Shown piece after piece: positions 25,318 through 33,700 of a stretch of 64,000 nucleotides of DNA; position 1 is the stretch's first letter; each line of letters begins with the position of its first letter. The translations under genes and the position numbers were made by a program. The notes under the pieces were generated by a model. The model saw only the letters and a program-made list of their open reading frames with translations. It did no database searches and was not told the origin of the DNA. The DNA is taken from IMG/VR virus record IMGVR_UViG_3300017730_000002, positions 45,287 to 109,286 of that record. One strand, 5' to 3'. The stretch comes from a virus.

Positions 25318-26305
25318 TGAACTAAATGCGTTTTATAATGAGAAGTTTTACTTTAGTTATAGCAGCATAAACAAGCTATTGTTTTCACCAAGTATGTTTT
25401 TTAAAGATTACGTGCTTAAACAAAAGGAAGAAAGTGTTGACCCTCACCTTGTAAAGGGGAAGGTCATACACTGCCTTCTTTTAAATCCTGAAGACTTTGA
25501 TAGTGAGTTTATAACTGTACCAGGTAAGCTTCCAAGCGGTAATAACAGGTTGATAGTTGATGAAATTTTCAAATTATATTTGGAAGGCTCAGATAATTCA
25601 TTAACTTTGGACAAATATGAGACTGCAATAGTAGATCTCTTAGAGAAAATAAACTTGCATCAAAAGCTTAAGACTGATGAAGCAAGAGTCAAGAAAATCT
25701 TAACAGCTGATAATATTAGCTATTTTGAATTTCTGAAATCAAGTCAAGGTAAAACCTTGGTAGACACAGATACACTCAACTATTGTAAAGAGTGTGTAGA
25801 ATCTATAAAAGAGAATGAGTCTATAACTGCACTACTGCAACTTGATGAATCTGATTTAGAAGTATATAATGAAGTTCCTGTACAGACTGACCAACTTATA
25901 AATGGTAAGTTTCAATTTGGATTTAAAGGTATACTTGATAATGTAGTGATTGATAAAGAAAAGAAAATCTTATTTATTAATGATTTGAAAACTACAGGTA
26001 AGCCGCTAATTGACTTTCCTGAATCTGTGGAGTACTATAGATATTGGTTGCAGGCAGCCGTTTACTATAGTCTTGCGTATTACAGATATATTGCTGATAA
26101 AGATGATCATCAAGAGTGGAGTATACAATTTACATTTGTTGTAGTAGATAAATATAATCAGGTATATCCATTTCAGGTTACTCCTAAAACAATGAAAGAA
26201 TGGATGGAGAGATTAAATAAAGTTCTCTTACAAGTAGTTTACCATTATGAGAAGAAGGATTATACTTTACCATATGAATTAGCAGTAGAAAACTTAAAAC
26301 TTTAA
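25292..26305 (+). CDS. PD-(D/E)xK exonuclease (RecB/RecE-like)
   Basis: SYSSI, GKVIH, NEVP, KGILD, NDLKTT and YWLQAAVY motifs. Confidence 0.85.
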   Translation: MKKSLIGSDELNAFYNEKFYFSYSSINKLLFSPSMFFKDYVLKQKEESVDPHLVKGKVIHCLLLNPEDFDSEFITVPGKLPSGNNRLIVDEIFKLYLEGSDNSLTLDKYETAIVDLLEKINLHQKLKTDEARVKKILTADNISYFEFLKSSQGKTLVDTDTLNYCKECVESIKENESITALLQLDESDLEVYNEVPVQTDQLINGKFQFGFKGILDNVVIDKEKKILFINDLKTTGKPLIDFPESVEYYRYWLQAAVYYSLAYYRYIADKDDHQEWSIQFTFVVVDKYNQVYPFQVTPKTMKEWMERLNKVLLQVVYHYEKKDYTLPYELAVENLKL

Positions 26306-26311
26306 AAATAT

Positions 26312-26869
26312 ATGGCAGTAAAATCAATTTATAGTAAATACTTTCAAAAATCCAAGGTGTTTTTATATCCGCTCCTTGGAATTAAAAGAGGCGTTAAAGT
26401 AATTCCAAGTGAGACTTATCTTACTTGGGATCCTTATTATATAGCCGAGGATATGAAATTGTTATGTTTATACCACCCAGATGGATCTCATGATTATTTA
26501 GAATATGAAAAGAATGTTTTACTAAAACATACTAGATTAATTGATATAAAAGATATTGATAAAACCAATAAGCTTTTTATATTTGATTTTTCTGATATAA
26601 AAAATGATTGGGATAATTTTATAAAAGGTAAATACAGTCAGATAGATAAAGAAACTAAGTCAAAGATACTTGGTTTCTTTGATAAGGGTAGTGCAAATCA
26701 TGTATACATGAAAAGCTATTTGAACCCAAATCAATATTTTGATGATTATGCAGAATGTCTTGGTGTTGAAGTTGAGTTATTGAAAAAAGTAGGTGAGCTT
26801 TGTGCGAAACCTGACATTAATAAAGAAACTATATTAATAAATCAAGCAGAAAAAGAAATAATTAATTAA
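26312..26869 (+). CDS. Hypothetical protein
   Basis: 185-aa ORF, FLYPLLG...GKYS...GEL pattern. Confidence 0.75.
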   Translation: MAVKSIYSKYFQKSKVFLYPLLGIKRGVKVIPSETYLTWDPYYIAEDMKLLCLYHPDGSHDYLEYEKNVLLKHTRLIDIKDIDKTNKLFIFDFSDIKNDWDNFIKGKYSQIDKETKSKILGFFDKGSANHVYMKSYLNPNQYFDDYAECLGVEVELLKKVGELCAKPDINKETILINQAEKEIIN

Positions 26870-26887
26870 TTTTACTAAAAAACTAAC

Positions 26888-27271
26888 ATGAGTGAAAAAA
26901 CAATGATGCTGGTTGAATCAACCTGGCAAGACACAACAACTTTTAAGATGATTCCAATCAGTAATGACTGCCCATATGTGGAGTGTATATTTGATCCATC
27001 ATCTAAAGTATTTGTAATTATTAGTAAGGTAACTAAAACATCCTTGCATATGTTACCTAAGCTTGATGAATATGGTAAAGCCATCAGTGGAAATCGTGGA
27101 GCAAAGCAAGAGAGAAGATCAATTGATACTTTTCAAGAGTATTATATTGAAGATCTAAAAGCTATTGCAGAAATCACAAACCATTTTGCAATTAACGCTA
27201 AGAAGTTTGATACTGATAAATTTACTAAAGAAGTAGCAAGCAAACCTTCAGTGGCTGCAGTAGCAGAGTAA
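26888..27271 (+). CDS. Hypothetical protein
   Basis: 127-aa ORF, TAATG-coupled to the polymerase. Confidence 0.75.
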   Translation: MSEKTMMLVESTWQDTTTFKMIPISNDCPYVECIFDPSSKVFVIISKVTKTSLHMLPKLDEYGKAISGNRGAKQERRSIDTFQEYYIEDLKAIAEITNHFAINAKKFDTDKFTKEVASKPSVAAVAE

Positions 27272-29178
27272 TGACTAGGACTCATTGGGTAATGGACTAT
27301 GAAACTTTGCTAAATTGTTTCATAGCCGTATTTGAGGACATCAAGTCTGAAGACCGCGAGATATTTGTTATTCATAAAGAAAGAAATGACTGTCTAGAAT
27401 TTATTACATTTCTAGAGAGGAATATTTTGCTTGAAGAATGGCATGTATCTTTTAATGGTATAGGATTTGATGCTCAAGTAACAGAACACATATTGGCAAA
27501 CAAAGAGCAGTTACTGGAGATGTCTGGTGAAGAAGTTGCTCTGTTCATATATGCAAAGGCCCAAGATACTATTCAAAGACAAAGTGAAGGAGAGTGGGCA
27601 GTCTTTGCTCCGTGGACTCTGCAAATTAAACAAGTTGATGTATTTAAACTCAACCATTGGGATAATGCAGCTAAGAGAACTAGTTTAAAGTGGGCTCAGT
27701 TTAGTATGGATTGGCAGAACATACAAGATATGCCAATACATCACAGTACTGAAATTAAAACCCTAAAGCAGATAGATGACATAATAGAATATTGTATTAA
27801 TGACGTAGCTTCTACTAAAGCAATTATGTATCGCAGCAAGAAAGAAATTGCTTTGAGACAACAGCTTACTAAAGAATACAATATAGATCTATTCAGTGCA
27901 TCTGAACCAAGAATTGCAAAAGAACTATTTGCAATGTTCCTAAGCAAAAAGACAAGAATAAAAAAGTATGATTTAAAAAAGATGAGGACCCATAGGTCTA
28001 AGCTTATAGTTAATGATCTTTTGTTGCCTTATATTAAGTTTGAGACAGCAACATTTCAAAGACTGGTAAATAAGTTTAGGGATCTGGAACTTAATCCGTA
28101 TGATTTAAAAGGTAGTTTTAAATACAGTGTCAGATATAAAGGAATAACTACACACTTTGGCCTTGGTGGTGTACACGGTGCACGTAAAGACATATACACA
28201 TCTAATGATGAGTTTGTCATAATGTCAAGTGATGTTACAAGTTTCTATCCTAATCTAGCCATTAGAAATAAATGGTCACCATTACACCTTCCTAAAGAGG
28301 AGTTTTGTGATCAGTATGAATGGTTCTTTGATGAAAGAAAGAAGATACCTAAATCTGACCCTAGAAACTATGTTTATAAGATTGTACTAAACAGTACCTA
28401 TGGTCTTAGTAATGATGAGAACAGCTTCCTATATGATCCTGAGCTTACCATGCGTATAACTCTTAATGGCCAGTTGAGCCTTATGATGTTGTATGAGATG
28501 ATATGTGAAAGGATTCCTAATGCAGTTCCGCTAATGCAAAATACAGATGGCCTTGAGACAAGGATCCCAAGAAAGTACGTAGATGAGTATATGCAGATTT
28601 GTAAAGAGTGGGAAGATATCACTAACCTGCAGCTAGAGCATGATACCTATCAAAAGGTTATACTAGCAGATGTAAATAACTATATAGCAGTTACAGAAGG
28701 AGAAGACTTTAAGACTAAGTGTAAAGGTAGATTCGTATTTGAAGATTTGCCGCTACACAAGAATAAAAGTTTTCTGTGTGTAAGAAAAGCTATGTATGAT
28801 TATTTCATCTATGATAAAGACCCTGAGCAAACAATCAAAGAGAATAAAAACATCTTTGATTTCTGTGGTGGTGTTAAAGCTAAAGGTGAATGGAAGTTCT
28901 TTGAAGAACATATTGTTAATGGAGAACATAAGAGGGATCCGTTACAGAAAACTGTTAGATACTACATAAGCAATGGAGGTTCCAAGACTGTCAAAGTGCA
29001 CAGTATAGATGGAAGAGTTGCGCAAGTAGAAGCAGGTAAATGGTTGCAAACTATGTTTATTGATTACATAGAAAAGCCATTTGAAGAATATGATATCAAT
29101 TATGATTTCTATATTAAAAAGGCCAAGAAAGAAATAGAAGCTCTTGAGCCAAAAACTAATCAATTACAATTATTTTAA
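27271..29178 (+). CDS. DNA polymerase, family B (crAss-type)
   Basis: Exo DYE, FNGIGFD, YCINDV; Pol SDVTSFYP, KIVLNSTYG, NTDG; ends QLQLF. Confidence 0.93.
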   Translation: MTRTHWVMDYETLLNCFIAVFEDIKSEDREIFVIHKERNDCLEFITFLERNILLEEWHVSFNGIGFDAQVTEHILANKEQLLEMSGEEVALFIYAKAQDTIQRQSEGEWAVFAPWTLQIKQVDVFKLNHWDNAAKRTSLKWAQFSMDWQNIQDMPIHHSTEIKTLKQIDDIIEYCINDVASTKAIMYRSKKEIALRQQLTKEYNIDLFSASEPRIAKELFAMFLSKKTRIKKYDLKKMRTHRSKLIVNDLLLPYIKFETATFQRLVNKFRDLELNPYDLKGSFKYSVRYKGITTHFGLGGVHGARKDIYTSNDEFVIMSSDVTSFYPNLAIRNKWSPLHLPKEEFCDQYEWFFDERKKIPKSDPRNYVYKIVLNSTYGLSNDENSFLYDPELTMRITLNGQLSLMMLYEMICERIPNAVPLMQNTDGLETRIPRKYVDEYMQICKEWEDITNLQLEHDTYQKVILADVNNYIAVTEGEDFKTKCKGRFVFEDLPLHKNKSFLCVRKAMYDYFIYDKDPEQTIKENKNIFDFCGGVKAKGEWKFFEEHIVNGEHKRDPLQKTVRYYISNGGSKTVKVHSIDGRVAQVEAGKWLQTMFIDYIEKPFEEYDINYDFYIKKAKKEIEALEPKTNQLQLF

Positions 29179-29179
29179 T

Positions 29180-30550
29180 ATGCCAAGAAAAATAAAAAGC
29201 TACGGAAGACAAGATCTAATAGACATTGCTCTTCCAAATCATGCTGATTCGTATACTGTAATAAGTCATGAGTCCGTAATGGACTTATCAACTAAAGCAT
29301 TGGAAGATGCTGGATTTAGTATAACTGCTGAAAACTATAGAGCCACACATGATGGTAACATAGCTTCAGCTATATATACTTTGAACTTTGGAGATGATCC
29401 AGAGTTGTCAATGATGTTTGCGTGGTCAAACAGTTATAATAAACAAATGAGGTTTAAATGTGGAATTGGTGCAATCCATAATACAAACTCTACAAGTTTA
29501 GTTTGTGGAGATATGGGGTCCTGGGCAAGAAAGCACACAGGTTCTGCAGATACAGAAACCAAGGAAACAATAGAGCAGCAAGTAAAGTTAGCTAAAGTGT
29601 ATTATGAGCAGCTATGTTCTGATAAAGAGTCTATGAAAAAGATCAATCTAGATGTTAGAAAGCAATCACAGATACTAGGTATGCTATTTGCTGAACATGA
29701 TATCTTGACTACTGAGCAAGCTAGTATGATTAAGCAACAGATGAGTAGGCCGACTTATAAGTGTACTGAACCAGGTACATTATGGGAATTCTACAACTTT
29801 GTTACCATTGCTCTACAGCAATCACATCCAAAGACTTGGATGGAGGATCAAAGAGTTCTACATTGGTTTATCAGTGATACATTTAAGTTTGATAAAGTAA
29901 ATGTAGCACCTGCGGCCACCAGTGACGAGGAGGAAACATCTGAAGAAAATGAGGTTAATGAAGCTACAGTAGATAATAAAGCCACTGTAGATACAATACC
30001 TGAGAATTCAACAGAAGAGACCAAGGACCCCGCTCAGGTAGATCTAGTAGATTCTATTGCTGAGATTGAAGCTGAACAACAAGAAGCTTGGGATCAGCAA
30101 ACTAGAATTGAAGAAGGTCTTGACCATAAAGGTGGAGGAGATGATGATGATGATGGGCACATAGATGATAGTCCTGAAATTACAGGAATACCTGATGGTG
30201 ACAAGTTATCTGATACTGATGATGAGTTTGATGCTGATGCAGAAATGCAAGAGATGAAAACTGAAGAGATCATTAAAGAAAAGATAGCTGAAGATGAAGC
30301 TGCAGTATCTGAAGTATGTGATGACAATCCTATACCAGAAGTTACTGATGCAGAAGCTGCAGAATTAATCAAAGGCCAAGAAGCTGTTGATCAGCAGATG
30401 GCACAAGAAGCAGCAGCTGATAATTCAGTATCTGATGAGAACGTTGACATTGTTATGAAAGGTGAACCTGACTTTAATTTAGATTTTGCACCAGTTGCAG
30501 AAGATGATGATGATGTTGAAGCGGGAGATGTTGATTTTGATTTCGCATAA
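29180..30550 (+). CDS. DUF932-like protein with long acidic C-terminal extension
   Basis: YTVISH, NSYNK..RF..G....CG and TLWEFYNFVT..L motifs; start moved to MPRKIK directly after the Pol stop. Confidence 0.7.
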   Translation: MPRKIKSYGRQDLIDIALPNHADSYTVISHESVMDLSTKALEDAGFSITAENYRATHDGNIASAIYTLNFGDDPELSMMFAWSNSYNKQMRFKCGIGAIHNTNSTSLVCGDMGSWARKHTGSADTETKETIEQQVKLAKVYYEQLCSDKESMKKINLDVRKQSQILGMLFAEHDILTTEQASMIKQQMSRPTYKCTEPGTLWEFYNFVTIALQQSHPKTWMEDQRVLHWFISDTFKFDKVNVAPAATSDEEETSEENEVNEATVDNKATVDTIPENSTEETKDPAQVDLVDSIAEIEAEQQEAWDQQTRIEEGLDHKGGGDDDDDGHIDDSPEITGIPDGDKLSDTDDEFDADAEMQEMKTEEIIKEKIAEDEAAVSEVCDDNPIPEVTDAEAAELIKGQEAVDQQMAQEAAADNSVSDENVDIVMKGEPDFNLDFAPVAEDDDDVEAGDVDFDFA

Positions 30551-30569
30551 AACTAATATGAATAACTAC

Positions 30570-30604
30570 AAGGGAGATGGCTTAGGCTGTCTCCCTTTTT
30601 TTTT
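30570..30604 (+). terminator. Terminator at the convergence of the two genome arms
   Basis: AAGGGAGATGGC-TTAG-GCTGTCTCCCTT stem plus long T run. Confidence 0.85.
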
Positions 30605-30605
30605 A

Positions 30606-30761
30606 TCAAGTACGATCAAATACATGCAATGATAAAGTACATATAAATAAATATAAAGTAAACGTATTCATTTGTTCTTTCTCATTTGGTGCTATATATT
30701 CCCAACCTAAAGCACACCTATCATGAGGCCAATGCAAAGCTATATCTAATTGCCAATTCAT
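30606..30761 (-). CDS. Small hypothetical protein (51 aa, not in ORF track)
   Basis: MNWQLDIALHWPHDRCALGWEYI...; TAATG overlap with the 1945-aa gene stop. Confidence 0.65.
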   Translation of the reverse strand: MNWQLDIALHWPHDRCALGWEYIAPNEKEQMNTFTLYLFICTLSLHVFDRT

Positions 30762-33700
30762 TATCTTAAATTTTCAAATTGTTCATTCTTCTTAATTGCC
30801 CACATAGGCGATAAGTTTTTACCTGTCAATCCTATAGTTTGACCTAAGTGATTCCATATTTTATTTGAACCTTCTTTTTGCCAATCGTAATATCCAACAT
30901 CTTGTTTATAGTATGCTTTTTCACTTCCAGTAGCAAGATTATATAAATCATTTAAGATTCTTACATAAGCTACAACAGTAGGTCCAAGCATTATAGTACT
31001 ACTATCTATCATACTCAGTTGATCTTTAGCTCCCCATATCGGTAAAAAGAGTCTATTTTCTTTTTGAATCATAATTAATTGATAAAGAATCTGATTACCT
31101 GACCAACCAATTAAAAACGGATAGTCTTTCTCTTGTCTTTCTCTAATCTTTTTAAATCTATCTTCATCTCCTGGATCATAACCAAATAATAAACCAGCAG
31201 CTAAACCTAATATTGCTAAGTAAGCAGTTTCTGTAACTATCTTTCTCCATGCAGCTTTTTCTCTATCTGTCATATATTTACTTCTATATTGACCTGTGGT
31301 TAACATTTTTCTAAGTGAATCTATAGCATCTATATAATAACCTCGTGTAAGCTCATTAGTATTCCAATTGTATACATCACCAAATAAATTGTTTTTTGCT
31401 GTATCAAACTGGAATCTATTAAGAACCATACCTGTTAAAAATCTTCTAGAGAAAGTGGCAAGACTATAACCAAGATACTTTTCTGCAAGAGGGCTATCTA
31501 TTTTATTAGTTATACCATTAAGTCTTGCGTTTGCATCTGCAATAATTAACTTAAGATTATTAAACTGAGTAGACTTGCTAATAATTAGCTTTTCCCCTGG
31601 CTCAAGTTTTCTTTTAGATTTTATTTTATTCTTTGCCATTAACTTTTCAACAGGTATAGAATACTGTTTAGCAATGCTCTCTAAAGTATTACCTTCACCT
31701 ACTGTATGATTAATTGGAACATGAGAATATTCAGGATCCACACCTTCTTTTAATTTTAATACACCATCCTCATCAGTTGTCCAAGCATCTGCATATGGAA
31801 TTTGTTTTACTGTACCATCTGGCTGCATTACATCAACCATCTGTTTATACATTATTCCAAATCCAAGTTCCATAGCTGAATTTTGTTCCATTAGTTTCCT
31901 ATCTGAATAAAGCCACTTTCCATCAAAAAAATCAGTGACCAAAGTCCTAGTGGTTGACTCACCAAACTCAGTTCTAGATTTACCTGGGGCCATATCAAAA
32001 GCTTCTGATATTTGTACATCCATAGGTTTAGCACCTCTAGCATAATTACCAACTGTACCCATTTGCCACGTAGCTTTAGCTGCTCTATACTTACCTCTGA
32101 CTAAAGTTCTAGCATCTAAATACTTTCCACCCGCAGCTTCTATAGCTTTATTAAACTGCATACCTCCTCTGTTTTTTAAAGAAGATTGAGGATTTAATGC
32201 AAAGAATGCTCGTGCTGCATTACCTGATAAAGCTCTCATAGCTTTTGTAAGAGGTCTGTTATTTTGCTGAAATTCTGACACTCTTTGTCCATAATAAGTT
32301 CTATCTATAAACTCTCTAAGTGCAGTTATTCGCTTGTCTTCACCTTTATTTTTAGAAATTAGATTTAGTCTAGATGAAATTTTACCTGTATTACGACTTG
32401 CAACATTTAAATTTTTGATAGCATTTTCATCATCAGATATAATACCTAATATTGCATTCATTACAGGTTCATCTTCCATCAAAGCTTTTTGTTCATTTAA
32501 AGAATACAGATAATCCCATATAGATCTCATAGCATCTGTAGAGGTTTCTGCTAAAGATAGTTTATACATACCTCGTACTGGAACTCTTGTAATTCTATTT
32601 CCCTCTAAATCTGTTGGAATATAAATAAGTGATTCATCAAAATTAAAACCATCTTCTGCATCATCTTTTTTTCCTTGTACATAGGAACTCACATATTCTA
32701 GTGCAGTACTTACCTGTTCTTTTTTGGCCTTTAGTTTTGCTGCTGTTTGACCACTAGTAAATGCTTCTACATTTGTTCTTTGTCTAAATCTAGGTAAATC
32801 TAAATACATTCTAGAAGAAAGTACAGCGTCTTTCTGTAGATCTAAAAGTTCTTTTTTATAACCTTGCAATAATTTAAACTTAGCATCGTTCTTAGATTGC
32901 ATTTCATAGAACTTCTTGTTTTGATATTTATCATCAAAGGCTCCATTAATTACATCTCCTGTAAATTCTTTTGGTAAAAAGTTACCTCTATTGTCTATTA
33001 TAGTACCTACGTATTGAGATCTATCGGCACCCATAGGTATAGTTCTGTACTTATCTTTTATAGTTGAAGTAGAATACTTAGCAATTGGTACACCTTGTAT
33101 GTTAATGGTATTACCTTCTGAGTCTTTTATAGAAGTAGTTTTGTAATGATTTTTATTTGAAGGTCTTTCTAAACTCCAAACCTTTAGTCTAACAAATCCA
33201 GGAGACATTTTTTCTCCATCATACATGTCTCTTTCAAAGTGATTCTTATAAAACCATTCTTCAAATACAGACCCACCTTCAGTCTCATTAAATATTTTAT
33301 TTAAAGCTACCTTATCTAAAACAAAATCTTCTACAGTTTCAGCAGTAACAGGATCAGCTCCCGTACCCTCAAGTGCATCATTAAAAGCAGCAATATAATT
33401 ATCAGTTGGTGTGATGTTTCTAAGGGCATTTAGTTTTGAATATAGGTTTCTCATGTTACCTATTTCAATAGATGTCATTCCAAACTCATTTTGTCTTGTA
33501 GTTAAATCTTGAAACACCTTTAACTCATCTGCACTTAGTTTAGCTTTCTTAGATATCTTAAAATTAAGTTGGTTTAAAGTTCTAGACTCTGCTTTTGATA
33601 AACCAGTCTTTCTATCAAACAATAGATTCTGTGCTACTATTTCATTTTCAATTGTCTTTAATCTTTCAATCTGTATTGAGTTTAGATCTCGGCCATTAGG

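Noticed and set aside
27271-29178. Intein or intron in PolB (also checked DnaB, primase, RNAP)
   Set aside because: Motif spacing is compact; no intein-type N/C-terminal signatures or LAGLIDADG insert and no frame breaks seen
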